Shown here piece by piece: positions 1-9,373 of a stretch of DNA of 56,543 nucleotides. The notes under the pieces are model-generated. The model was given only the letters and a program-made list of their open reading frames with translations, had not been told where the DNA came from and made no database searches. The position numbers were made by a program, and so were the translations under genes. Every line of letters starts with the position of its first letter. Positions within the stretch are counted from its first letter, which is position 1. The DNA lies in the IMG/VR virus record IMGVR_UViG_3300031999_000024, positions 1 to 56,543 of that record. One strand, given 5' to 3'. The stretch comes from a virus (lineage: Duplodnaviria > Caudoviricetes).

Positions 1-572
1 TGAGTATTTCGTAAATCTAAATCACCTCCAACCGATGTTAGATTTCCTAATGATTCTATTTGAGTATTTCCTAAATATAAATAACCTCCAACCGATGTTA
101 GATTTCCTAATGATTCTATTTGAGTATTTCCTAAATATAAATAACCCCCAACCGATGTTAGATTTCCCAATGATTCAATTGGTGTATCTCGTAAATTTAA
201 ACCACCCCCAACCGATGTTAGATTTCCCAATGATTCAATTGGTGTATTTCCTAAATATAAATCACCCCCAACCGATGTTAGATTTCCTAATGATTTAATT
301 GGTGTATTTTCTAAATCTAAATAACCCCCAACCGATGTTAGATTTCCTAATGATTCTATTTGAGTATTTCGTAAATATAAATAACCCCCAACCGATGTTA
401 GATTTCCCAATGATTCAATTGGTGTATTTCGTAAATCTAAATCACCCCCAACCGATGTTAGATTTCCCAATGATTCAATTGAAGATCCATATAAATTTAA
501 ATTACCCCCAACCGATGTTAGATTTCCTAATGATTTAATTTCAGACCCGTATAAATCTAAATCACCTCCAAC
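1..572 (-). repeat. Tandem array of about 9.5 units of 60 bp encoding 20-aa LRR-like units (IESLGNLTSVGGxLxLxNTx)
   Basis: Each 60-base line of the sequence is one unit; core ccaaccgatgttagatttcc is invariant in units 1-9. Confidence 0.97.
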
Positions 573-722
573 TGAATATAATGGATTACCTTTTCTCTCT
601 AAATATCTTTGCATCCTGCCCCAATCATTTCCAAAAATTTCAAATGATAAAATATGAAGAACTTTTGGTTCTTCAGAACTTTTTAATTTTTCAAATTGGT
701 TTTCTGTGATGACTATTTTCAT
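1..722 (-). CDS. Leucine-rich-repeat protein with MKIVITENQ leader (partial, runs off window start; not in the ORF track)
   Basis: ATG at 720-722 on minus translates MKIVITENQFEKLKSSEEPKVLHIL...LYSVGGDLDLYGSEIKSLGNLTSVGGNLNLYGSSIESLGNLTSVGGDLDLRNTP... with no stop down to position 1. TATTTATA motif just upstream (727-734). Confidence 0.9.
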   Translation of the reverse strand, partial: MKIVITENQFEKLKSSEEPKVLHILSFEIFGNDWGRMQRYLERKGNPLYSVGGDLDLYGSEIKSLGNLTSVGGNLNLYGSSIESLGNLTSVGGDLDLRNTPIESLGNLTSVGGYLYLRNTQIESLGNLTSVGGYLDLENTPIKSLGNLTSVGGDLYLGNTPIESLGNLTSVGGGLNLRDTPIESLGNLTSVGGYLYLGNTQIESLGNLTSVGGYLYLGNTQIESLGNLTSVGGDLDLRNT

Positions 723-759
723 ATACTATAAATACCATATAAAACAAAAAAACCAACTA

Positions 760-1608
760 TTAAAGTTGATCTTCTTTTATCTGTTCAAGAGTTTTAAAAT
801 ATTCAACCCTTGTCTTTGCAATTTCAGTATAGTTTGGTGATAACTCAATACCTAACCATCTTCTTCCGAGTATTTCCGCAGCAACTAATGTTGTTCCACT
901 ACCAGCAAACGGATCAAGAACTACATCGTTTTTGTAGGATAGTATTTTGATTGCTTTAGTTGGGATGTCCATTGAGAACGTCGCCTTGGTGAGTGATTTA
1001 GTATCTGCAAAGTAATTCCACTGACCAAAAACAAGTTCCATAAACTCTTTCTTATCTGTCTCTTCATACACAACTTTCTTTTTTATGGTTCCATCCTCCT
1101 GTTCAATTTCAGTAGGTGTCCCTTTCCACTGTGGTTCTCCTTTTGTTAATTTTTTTGGCGAATTTTTATATGCAATAATAACACATTCCTTTGGGTTATA
1201 AATATATGGTTGACTACAACTCATCCAAGACCCCCAAGCGGTTGTTTTACTTCTATGTGGTGATTGCTCAACCAAATCTACAATTCCGAAAAATTTAAAA
1301 CCAACCTGTTTCATTACCTGATAAAATTCTGAAACAAAAAACACCCTACCCCCTCGTTCACGAACATTAGTCTCGTAAGGGATATTAATTGATACTCTAC
1401 CGTCATCTTTAAGCAATCGGTAGGCTTCCGTTAACCACTCTTTTGTCCAACCCCAATACACATCCATATCTAAAGTGTCGATATGTGTATCATAATTAAT
1501 CCCGCAATTATATGGAGGCGACGTCACAACCAAATCAACCGACCCCTCAGGTAATGTTTTCATCACTTCAACACAATCCCCATTTATTATTTTTCCTGTT
1601 TCTAACAT
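760..1608 (-). CDS. DNA methyltransferase, N4-cytosine/N6-adenine family (beta order)
   Basis: INGDC, catalytic VVTSPPY near the N-terminus, SAM-binding VLDPFAGSGTT near the C-terminus. Confidence 0.93.
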   Translation of the reverse strand: MLETGKIINGDCVEVMKTLPEGSVDLVVTSPPYNCGINYDTHIDTLDMDVYWGWTKEWLTEAYRLLKDDGRVSINIPYETNVRERGGRVFFVSEFYQVMKQVGFKFFGIVDLVEQSPHRSKTTAWGSWMSCSQPYIYNPKECVIIAYKNSPKKLTKGEPQWKGTPTEIEQEDGTIKKKVVYEETDKKEFMELVFGQWNYFADTKSLTKATFSMDIPTKAIKILSYKNDVVLDPFAGSGTTLVAAEILGRRWLGIELSPNYTEIAKTRVEYFKTLEQIKEDQL

Positions 1609-2417
1609 AATTTATCAAATTTTATTTTTTTTCTTTCTAAGAAGAAATTATTTTTACTATAAAAGTAACTTTTAATTTTAACTAAATCAATTTTATTTGA
1701 TATTTGTAATCTGTAAAATGTCTTATAATCGTATTTACTTACCGATTCTAAACCAAAATTTAATAGTTCGTTTTTAACCCTAATTAAAAAATTTTCAGAT
1801 CCTGATGTAAAAGTCACGGAATAATATGTACTACCTTTAACTTTTTTTTGAGTTATACACCCATCTCCATCAAAATACCCTAGTATAAATGAAGGTATTA
1901 ATTCGTCTTTTATTTTCGGGAATTCAATATTATTTGTTTTATTCTGACCGCACCCCAATTTAACCAAATCCTTAACTATTTTTTTTGAGTTCACTAATAA
2001 TACTTTACCTGTGGATTCATATTGTTTACCGTTACTACCTTTAAATTTAGATGTCTCCGTTCTTAATTCTTTTTGATTACTTTCTATGTGACAAATAAAA
2101 GACATTAAGTGATTTTCATCTAATGTTGATAATTTGATTTTTAACACATAACCCCCTTTTATATCCCTAACACATCCGTCGGCAAATAAAAAACCTAACC
2201 AATACGCTTTTAATTTTGAATCTATTTTTTCAAAAAAATTTTCGTTATAGAATATCCTTCTTCTCCCTCTAATTTGAATCCCGTTATCTTTTAATACATT
2301 AGATATCGTTCTGGTGTTTATAACATACTTTTTTGATAAATTAGGTATTGACTCACCGTTTTGGTAATCGGTCATTAAATTACTTATTACACAATCATCT
2401 AAAATTATTTTCTTCAT
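1602..2417 (-). CDS. Free-standing double-motif LAGLIDADG homing endonuclease with N-terminal HTH
   Basis: AYWLGFLFADG and FILGYFDGDG motifs; overlaps the MTase start. Confidence 0.88.
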   Translation of the reverse strand: MKKIILDDCVISNLMTDYQNGESIPNLSKKYVINTRTISNVLKDNGIQIRGRRRIFYNENFFEKIDSKLKAYWLGFLFADGCVRDIKGGYVLKIKLSTLDENHLMSFICHIESNQKELRTETSKFKGSNGKQYESTGKVLLVNSKKIVKDLVKLGCGQNKTNNIEFPKIKDELIPSFILGYFDGDGCITQKKVKGSTYYSVTFTSGSENFLIRVKNELLNFGLESVSKYDYKTFYRLQISNKIDLVKIKSYFYSKNNFFLERKKIKFDKLC

Positions 2418-2509
2418 ATAATACTTTATATATAAGTATATTAAAGTGTATGTTTGTTGCAGTTATTTAATGCTCTCTAAATTCTTCATACTTTTCTTTT
2501 TAAATGTCA

Positions 2510-2698
2510 TTATATTTTTAAAATCCACTTCATTAACGCATTCATTGAGTGTTGTTCATTTTCACCATTAATGTGTTCTTGTATATTTTCAATAGTTACA
2601 TCATCGTATTTATTTGGATTTCTAACCTTATCCATTAATAATTCAAGATGTCTTAACATTTCATCGTATTTTTCTCTAATTTCTGTTTCCGTTCTCAT
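2510..2698 (-). CDS. Hypothetical protein
   Basis: 62-aa ORF coupled to the upstream ORF by a 4-bp overlap. Confidence 0.65.
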   Translation of the reverse strand: MRTETEIREKYDEMLRHLELLMDKVRNPNKYDDVTIENIQEHINGENEQHSMNALMKWILKI

Positions 2699-3030
2699 AA
2701 TTTTTCAACCCATTCTAAATTTTTAGTTAATGTCCATAAACAATTAACATCATCAACATCTTTACTAGTAAATCTTTCAGTTATATCTTCACCAGTGTCA
2801 ACATTCTTTACAGATTTTATTTTTAAAAATGGATTTTGACCAACAAGTTCAACTAATAAATCAGATGGTTTTGGTGTTGGTTCTTCTTTGAAGATGTTTT
2901 TGAAAAACTCTTTATGTTCACCACTAATTTCAAGCGAATTTATTTTACTTTCACGTTCTTCTGTTAATGAATAATCTTTATCATTACCTTTTATTAAGTA
3001 AACACCATTCTTTAATTCTTCTTTTTTCAT
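2695..3030 (-). CDS. Hypothetical protein
   Basis: 111-aa ORF with a TAnnTTTG-type element upstream (3049-3056). Confidence 0.7.
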   Translation of the reverse strand: MKKEELKNGVYLIKGNDKDYSLTEERESKINSLEISGEHKEFFKNIFKEEPTPKPSDLLVELVGQNPFLKIKSVKNVDTGEDITERFTSKDVDDVNCLWTLTKNLEWVEKL

Positions 3031-3098
3031 AATTTATGTTTTTTTTTACAAAAATACTAATTTATTTCTAATTTATCAACCCTCCCACAAAATACTGT

Positions 3099-3153
3099 GT
3101 ATAACAAATGATAAACAACATTAAAACGATTGTTTATCATCGGACGTTATAAC
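3099..3153. other. Intergenic imperfect palindrome with attC-like architecture
   Basis: GTATAAC-aa-ATGATAAACAA-11 nt loop-TTGTTTATCAT-cggac-GTTATAAC. Confidence 0.45.
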
Positions 3154-3191
3154 CAATACTACATTTGTGTTTCAATATGTTATTTATTTTT

Positions 3192-3398
3192 TTATTTAAT
3201 ACTCTCTAAAAAATCCCACACCTCATTTGAAAACGATTCATACATATCTCCGTTCTCATCATCCGATAAGTCAACGATGTATTCGTCAACACAAAAATCA
3301 ACAATTATTTCGTATGTTTCTCCAAGCGTTTTTTCATCACTTTTTAAACCCTCATATAAATTGAGAATGTGGTATTTTTGTCCTTCAGTTAATTTCAT
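3192..3398 (-). CDS. Small acidic hypothetical protein
   Basis: 68-aa ORF tightly packed in the minus-strand run. Confidence 0.65.
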   Translation of the reverse strand: MKLTEGQKYHILNLYEGLKSDEKTLGETYEIIVDFCVDEYIVDLSDDENGDMYESFSNEVWDFLESIK

Positions 3399-3400
3399 CT

Positions 3401-4273
3401 TTATTTATTCTCCAATGTTTTAATGTGATAATCCAAATAAAATTTTGCCTTCTTTAAATCTTCCAATTCTTTATCTTTATTCTTCTTACCTGCCCTTGAA
3501 ATGTATTTTACTGTATTACCAAGTGAGAATCCCAATTCCCAAGCGTCAATCACCTTTATGGTTTCATAAACATTATTTCCTCCCCCATAATGTTCTGGGT
3601 GATTTACTTGTTCTTTTTTAATTGGTGGTGGTGGTATATTTTTATATACCAAATCGTCATCTTTTTCCATAATCACCTCAACTCCTTTTTTGTGAGCCCA
3701 AAATACCCCATCAATATAATAGGTATTAAATCCTTGCCAATCAAATGAATCAATTACTTTATCAACACCTTCCGTTGGATCCTTCGTAGATTTATAATCG
3801 TCCAAATAAATTATACCATCATCATTGATAAAATGGACAACATTATTAATGTCTTCCCTCACACAATCTTCCAAATGACATCCATCAATTTCAATGAAAT
3901 CAAATTTTATATTTGCGGTATCCAAAACTCTTGGGAGAGTATCTCCTGAATCGCCGGGAAATAAATGTAGATGAATATTCCAATTCGCAAAATGGTTTTT
4001 CATAATCTCAAAGTTCGTTGTTGTGCAACCATATTTGCAACTATCAAAAATAAAAAATCTAATTGGATTTTTATTATACGAACTATCTTCCTGAATTAAT
4101 TTGGTTAATGTGTTACAGATTATCATCGCCGAATGTCCTTCATTAAATCCTATCTCAATAATATTTTTTGGTTTTGTTTGAGATATCAAATCTTGTAGTG
4201 TGTCCATTCTTTCGGGATACCAACTAATGTTCCCTTCTCCACCACCTAAAATCATTCCTTTTAGTAACTCCAT
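3401..4273 (-). CDS. Class I SAM-dependent methyltransferase (Methyltransf_24-like) fused to a C-terminal DUF3310-like domain
   Basis: IIEIGFNEGHSA, FDFIEIDGCH, GIIYLDDY; C-terminal VNHPEHYGG...GNTVKYISRAGKK...EDLKKAKFYL. Confidence 0.8.
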   Translation of the reverse strand: MELLKGMILGGGEGNISWYPERMDTLQDLISQTKPKNIIEIGFNEGHSAMIICNTLTKLIQEDSSYNKNPIRFFIFDSCKYGCTTTNFEIMKNHFANWNIHLHLFPGDSGDTLPRVLDTANIKFDFIEIDGCHLEDCVREDINNVVHFINDDGIIYLDDYKSTKDPTEGVDKVIDSFDWQGFNTYYIDGVFWAHKKGVEVIMEKDDDLVYKNIPPPPIKKEQVNHPEHYGGGNNVYETIKVIDAWELGFSLGNTVKYISRAGKKNKDKELEDLKKAKFYLDYHIKTLENK

Positions 4274-4274
4274 A

Positions 4275-4658
4275 TTATTTCTTGTCTTGATATCCTAAAT
4301 TCATTGTATCTTTATTCACCACAAACCGAAGTTTCACTATTTGAAACTTATCTTTTCCGTAGGATTGTTTTATCTCAAAGTTTGTTCCTTTAACATCAAA
4401 TTTAAGTGTTTGAACAACCACTCCTGTAGGATCCAAATATTCAATTGTAACACCAACGATATTTAATAAATCCTTTGGGTTATATGCTTGTTGAACTGTT
4501 TCAAAATATTCGGTTAGGAATATGATTTCCTCACCTTCATTATACATTTTGTATTTCCTAAATAAGAATGGTTCAATATCCATACCATCCAATTTAATAA
4601 TCCAACGATTACATTTTAATGGTTCAATCAATGGGAACCGTTCTACTAATTGTGTCAT
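4275..4658 (-). CDS. Hypothetical protein, possibly tail-tube-like (gp19-fold) paralogue
   Basis: EPLKCNRWII and IEYLDPTGVVVQ resemble my recollection of myophage tail-tube motifs; the assignment is tentative. Confidence 0.45.
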   Translation of the reverse strand: MTQLVERFPLIEPLKCNRWIIKLDGMDIEPFLFRKYKMYNEGEEIIFLTEYFETVQQAYNPKDLLNIVGVTIEYLDPTGVVVQTLKFDVKGTNFEIKQSYGKDKFQIVKLRFVVNKDTMNLGYQDKK

Positions 4659-4837
4659 TTGTTTTTGTTTATATATTTTATGATTTCATCCTCCGTTTTT
4701 CCCTCACAGAACATTTTGAAAACCTCCGTTGAGAAGTCATCGCTTGTGAAGATTGCATCCGCAGATAAATAACCTGATAAGTTATCAAGATTTTTGACGA
4801 TGTTATCCTTTTTGAGTATTCTCTTGTTGAATCCCAT
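4655..4837 (-). CDS. Hypothetical protein
   Basis: 60-aa ORF with a 4-bp overlap to the next gene. Confidence 0.65.
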   Translation of the reverse strand: MGFNKRILKKDNIVKNLDNLSGYLSADAIFTSDDFSTEVFKMFCEGKTEDEIIKYINKNK

Positions 4838-4943
4838 CTTTATTGTTTTTTAGGTTGTAATACATTTCTCTAACCTTTTTTCCCAATTCAATATCGTTTG
4901 GGGTTTCAATAACTAACTGTTCTAAAATTTTTAAGATATCCAT
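4803..4943 (-). CDS. Small hypothetical protein (46 aa, not in the ORF track)
   Basis: MDILKILEQLVIETPNDIELGKKVREMYYNLKNNKDGIQQENTQKG*; fills the gap in the operon. Confidence 0.55.
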   Translation of the reverse strand: MDILKILEQLVIETPNDIELGKKVREMYYNLKNNKDGIQQENTQKG

Positions 4944-4954
4944 TTTTATTTAAT

Positions 4955-5737
4955 TTAAATTTGTGACATTTTTTTTTCTTGTTCATATATTTCTTGATTA
5001 ACATATGAAATAAGTTTTCTTTTAAATAAAGGTAGTAATGTTTCATTGATTGGAAAAATATCACTACACTTCATTTCAAATACGGGTAATGTTGGTCTTT
5101 CCACTTCATCACTCCATTGAGAAAATGTATTAATTATTTTTGGTATTGTCAACTTACCTTTTGGTTCCGAATAAATTAAATTAACGAGGGTTTTTTTCTC
5201 CATTGATCCTCTTGATGCCGGAGTTACATTGTATTCCCAAACATATAGATTATTTGTTTTCTTTTCGTAATAGAAAAAATAACCCTTATTTGTTAATAGA
5301 TTTTTTTTGTTTTTCTTAATTTTAACCTCAATTGTGTCAAACACAACCGCCCATACAGATTTTGCAATATTAAAATACTCCATCATTCTTGGTGCGGAAA
5401 ATCGTAATATATTATTAAATTCTTGGGATTCTTCCTGGTTCATTTCAGGAATTTGTTTAATCTTCAAATCTTTAACAAGAAGTTCATCATCAATAGTGTC
5501 AAACTTCTTATTAGTATAGATTAATTTTTTGTCTTTAATTAGGGTTTGAATACTTGCCAAATGAAGTGATATTTCAATAAACCCGGGATATAATTCCATA
5601 TTATCAAGTTTTTCACCCATTTTTTGGAAGTAACTCAATAACTTATATTCTTTATGTTCCTGATCAATTGGTTTTTCAAATAACCAATCGGTTTCCATTA
5701 CAAATTCAATACCTTTGTTTTTTTTTCTTTTTACCAT
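4955..5737 (-). CDS. Conserved hypothetical protein
   Basis: 260-aa ORF with TATATTTG (-7-type element) at 5743-5750. Confidence 0.8.
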   Translation of the reverse strand: MVKRKKNKGIEFVMETDWLFEKPIDQEHKEYKLLSYFQKMGEKLDNMELYPGFIEISLHLASIQTLIKDKKLIYTNKKFDTIDDELLVKDLKIKQIPEMNQEESQEFNNILRFSAPRMMEYFNIAKSVWAVVFDTIEVKIKKNKKNLLTNKGYFFYYEKKTNNLYVWEYNVTPASRGSMEKKTLVNLIYSEPKGKLTIPKIINTFSQWSDEVERPTLPVFEMKCSDIFPINETLLPLFKRKLISYVNQEIYEQEKKMSQI

Positions 5738-5773
5738 TTAAACAAATATAATAAAGGTTTTGTTATCAGTAAA

Positions 5774-7294
5774 TTATTTTTCATAAGTCATAACAATATA
5801 ATCTGTTCCACCAACGGTAATACTGTCATAGGAATTATCATAACTATTTAAAGTTCCATAATCCTCGTTATTCGCCATATCTTCAATAAATTGTCCTTCA
5901 TCTATGAAATTACCCATAGTTAAACCATAATCTCTAATCCATTCCAATGGATTTCGCGATATTTCACTTCTTCTATTGTCAACCACCTCTTCAATTTCAT
6001 CTTCATTTAAATCACCATCAGGATTTTCTTCAATTTCCTGTATTTCATATTCAATATCTACGATTCTACTATCACGATTATCTTGGTGATCTTCAGTATC
6101 TTCATCATCATATAATTCTCCTGGTTGAGCTAAACTTCCGTCTTTATACAATACCCATTCATCTCCTTCATATCTTAATTGGAATTCGTATTCTTCATCT
6201 TCGTCCATAAAATCAAATATTTTACCATTATCTTCTCTCGTTGGATATTTGATTGGGAATCTTATACCTTCATTCTCGTATACCCATTTTTCCATTTTAA
6301 GAACCCAAATTTCTTCTTCTTGACTTTTACTTAATTCTCTAGAAATATCCCAATTTTCAGGATCATCATATATCTGATCTCTCAAATTGTCCGTTAAATA
6401 ATCGGCAACCTCATCTCCATCAATATAGTTTTCAACGGTAGATGTGTTGAATCCTCTATATCCCACATCATCCAACAATCCTTTCACCCAATCTTTTAAT
6501 GATGTGTCCGCTTCAGATGTTGTCCCAACCGCAATTTTATATTCGGAAATATTATCATATGTTGTCTTAAAGGATGTCATATCATAGTGATCATATTTTT
6601 CAGGTATTAACCCATATACATCATTATTTTTAATTGTTAAATCGTCAATTTCCTCTTGTAACTCAACAATTCTACCTTGTAGTTCATCCCAAACTTCTTG
6701 CCAATCATCATTTGATGTATCGTAATCCTCTTGTTGTTGTTCTAAACTATCTAATTCTGATTGTTTGTCCTTTAATTCTTGTTTTTCTTCGTCATCCATT
6801 GCCGCAATCTCACCATTTTGAACCAAGTAGTCAAACGCGGCATTCGCCTTTAACCCTATCTCATCAATGTTTGGATTATCGCTATCCCATTCACCATTTT
6901 GTCTTCTTTCATCGGCTTCCAATTCTTCCATTCTTCTCTGTCTTGCCCTCTCGGCATTGTCCAAAGGTGTTGAAAAATATGACGACCAACCTTTAATTGT
7001 AACACCTTTTAAAGTTTCAAGTGATGATCCGTGAGCATTTAAATTTCCGTCAATATGTATTGTTCCTAAATTTTTAACAGGTAAACCAATAATATCTAAA
7101 GTGCCTTTAACTACAATTTTTTTACCTCTGAATCTTCTGGTTTTTTCTAAAATTGCACCATTATTACCTGTTATGGACAATAAATGTTTGTATTCAGATG
7201 CCGGAATTTCAATTGTTTCAGATTCTTCTTCGTTAAGTTTGGATTTAATTATTTTGATTAAATCTGATTCGGTAAGTTTAATTACTTTTTTCAT
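5774..7294 (-). CDS. Large acidic protein with MKKVIKLTESDL leader (putative virion internal protein)
   Basis: The ATG at 7294 follows TATTTATA (7299-7306), so it is preferred over the track start at 7321. Very D/E-rich with coiled coils. Confidence 0.8.
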   Translation of the reverse strand: MKKVIKLTESDLIKIIKSKLNEEESETIEIPASEYKHLLSITGNNGAILEKTRRFRGKKIVVKGTLDIIGLPVKNLGTIHIDGNLNAHGSSLETLKGVTIKGWSSYFSTPLDNAERARQRRMEELEADERRQNGEWDSDNPNIDEIGLKANAAFDYLVQNGEIAAMDDEEKQELKDKQSELDSLEQQQEDYDTSNDDWQEVWDELQGRIVELQEEIDDLTIKNNDVYGLIPEKYDHYDMTSFKTTYDNISEYKIAVGTTSEADTSLKDWVKGLLDDVGYRGFNTSTVENYIDGDEVADYLTDNLRDQIYDDPENWDISRELSKSQEEEIWVLKMEKWVYENEGIRFPIKYPTREDNGKIFDFMDEDEEYEFQLRYEGDEWVLYKDGSLAQPGELYDDEDTEDHQDNRDSRIVDIEYEIQEIEENPDGDLNEDEIEEVVDNRRSEISRNPLEWIRDYGLTMGNFIDEGQFIEDMANNEDYGTLNSYDNSYDSITVGGTDYIVMTYEK

Positions 7295-7388
7295 ATCATA
7301 TAAATATAATTGAAGTCCCAAAATTATTTACATATTACACATTCATAAGATATTTATTATAAAATAAACTTATTAAAAACAATTAGCC

Positions 7389-7535
7389 GTGGGATGTGGG
7401 TGCAAGCAAAACAATAATGGTGGATCTCAATCTACTCAACAATCACCGGGTCAAGGACAACCGCAGCAAGTAAAAAATGCGACTGTTCAAGAGTCAGTTA
7501 AAAAAATCGTTGAGAAGTATTATAACAAAAAATAA
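7389..7535 (+). CDS. Small protein MGCGCKQNN... (48 aa, GTG start, not in the ORF track)
   Basis: Open frame MGCGCKQNNNGGSQSTQQSPGQGQPQQVKNATVQESVKKIVEKYYNKK*; TATTTATT at 7351-7358. Confidence 0.65.
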   Translation: MGCGCKQNNNGGSQSTQQSPGQGQPQQVKNATVQESVKKIVEKYYNKK

Positions 7536-7601
7536 TCAATTTCTACCGAAAAATTATTAAGGTGGTTACGAAAGTTTCTACCTTTTTTTATATTTATAAG
7601 T

Positions 7602-8621
7602 ATGTCAAAAATAAAAGATTTAGTTAACAAACTTAATAATGGTGATTGGGATGATATCTCAAACATTTTTAGTGATAACATTAGGTTATTTTTATCGTCA
7701 GTAAAACGAGCTGGTTTATTATCCACAATTGATTTAGACAACATTAGTCGTCACAATGAAAAAATGATAAATGAAATAATGTTATTTATCCTAAATAACG
7801 ATCCGTCATACATTAATACAATTGCGAAAGATATTTTAACGGATGTTGAAGTTCGTGCCGATGGTTATTATTTAAAATTGGCAGATTTAGAGGAATTATC
7901 AGAGTTTTTTAGAGATGATAGTTGGCGTGGAGAATATAACGATAGAGAAGTTGTTAAATCGGTATTAGGTGAAGATTGGTGGGAACCTTATAATGATACT
8001 ATATATGATGTTTATAACGAAATTGTAAATGTATTAACCGATAAAAATAAAACTTTACTGGCAGAACGAATTATTGAGATAATGGGTAATGAAGAACTTT
8101 CCATTGAGGAATATTATACCGTTCTTTTTAATGATATGTCGGACGATGATGGTATGTTTATCATAACCGAATCAAATGTGATGTCCGTTATTAATGATCC
8201 TGACGCAATGAATAAACTATTTGAAGGTGGATTAAACGATTTAAAATATCAATTGAAAAATTTAGGTGACAACGCTTATAATAACGCTTATAACGATGGG
8301 GTTTATTCCGAAGTATTTGATGAGTTATCAACCCATTTTGATGGTAAACACGAATGGCAAACAAAGAATTTGGAAAACAATCCAAGAACATTACAAATCC
8401 CTTATATTAAAATTCGTAATCTGAATGCAGATGTAACAAACTTTTTAGAAGCATTTAAAGGATATGGAGATACTCTATTTTACTACAATAGTTATACCGA
8501 AATGATGAAACATTATATGGATAATGATGGTGAATTTTTAAGAATTAGAGTTCCTGATTATCCAGATAGTAGTAAAGTTGACGATTATATCAACGAAGGG
8601 TTTCCTGATTACCTATATTAA
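7602..8621 (+). CDS. Acidic hypothetical protein
   Basis: 339-aa ORF with TATTTATA at 7591-7598. Confidence 0.85.
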   Translation: MSKIKDLVNKLNNGDWDDISNIFSDNIRLFLSSVKRAGLLSTIDLDNISRHNEKMINEIMLFILNNDPSYINTIAKDILTDVEVRADGYYLKLADLEELSEFFRDDSWRGEYNDREVVKSVLGEDWWEPYNDTIYDVYNEIVNVLTDKNKTLLAERIIEIMGNEELSIEEYYTVLFNDMSDDDGMFIITESNVMSVINDPDAMNKLFEGGLNDLKYQLKNLGDNAYNNAYNDGVYSEVFDELSTHFDGKHEWQTKNLENNPRTLQIPYIKIRNLNADVTNFLEAFKGYGDTLFYYNSYTEMMKHYMDNDGEFLRIRVPDYPDSSKVDDYINEGFPDYLY

Positions 8622-8676
8622 CAAACTATTTATATTGTTATTTTAATTTCATACACATTATAAAAATATAATAGAT

Positions 8677-9372
8677 ATGAGATTAATTAATAAAAACTCA
8701 AGAAGGGGAATTACAAATTTATTTGCCGACTTCATCCTTTCAAAAATCAAAAGAACAGAAAAATCAATAATCCAAGTCACAGATTGTGGTGCGTTTATGA
8801 TTGTTAATGGTTTAACAACATCAAATGAGTATTTAGACATAAACGAAATTAAAAACGAATTTAAGGAATCTTTCGGTGATATCCTGAAGGAATCGGAGAT
8901 GTTGGATCTTAATACGATTGATGTTATCAGATACAATGAGGATATTAAACCAATTCATAAAGGTTGGGTTATTGTAAATAAAACTACATTCGTTGAGGAA
9001 CCTGATCCTGACATTTCGGAGATATCTATTTCATCAGAATTTCCTTACGGTTATAGTTTAGATTGTGGTAGAATAAACACTTACTACTCACACTACATAA
9101 TGAACCATATGTTTAATTTATTGGGTGTGGATGAGGTTTCGTTTTATTTCACAAATGAAGAAGAGGACGAGGATTTAAAAATCAAAATTGTCTCTGACTC
9201 AAAAATTGATAAGAAATCAATCAAGTCACTTATTCTTGATGTGTTTGATTTTGATATGGAATCATTTAGAGAGCGTTTATCGGACTATAATCTAATTGAT
9301 GATATCCTGAATCCTAATAGAGATAAACCATACCTTAAACAAGATTTATTGGAACATATAATTCTTTTCTAA
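8677..9372 (+). CDS. Degenerate S-adenosylmethionine synthetase (MetK)-like protein
   Basis: NLFADFILSKI...MIVNGLTTSNEYLDINEI resembles the MetK N-domain (DQISDAILDA...VAGEITT..YVDI); ILDVFDFD resembles the MetK C-domain. GHPDK and GGGAFSGKD are absent. Confidence 0.5.
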   Translation: MRLINKNSRRGITNLFADFILSKIKRTEKSIIQVTDCGAFMIVNGLTTSNEYLDINEIKNEFKESFGDILKESEMLDLNTIDVIRYNEDIKPIHKGWVIVNKTTFVEEPDPDISEISISSEFPYGYSLDCGRINTYYSHYIMNHMFNLLGVDEVSFYFTNEEEDEDLKIKIVSDSKIDKKSIKSLILDVFDFDMESFRERLSDYNLIDDILNPNRDKPYLKQDLLEHIILF

Positions 9373-9373
9373 C

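Noticed and set aside
35-538. Plus-strand ORFs 35..298 and 299..538
   Set aside because: They are antisense shadows of the 60-bp array; the minus frame has a proper start, an upstream motif and an LRR pattern.
1-572. CRISPR array
   Set aside because: There are no unique spacers: whole units are near-identical, are a multiple of 3 long and encode protein.
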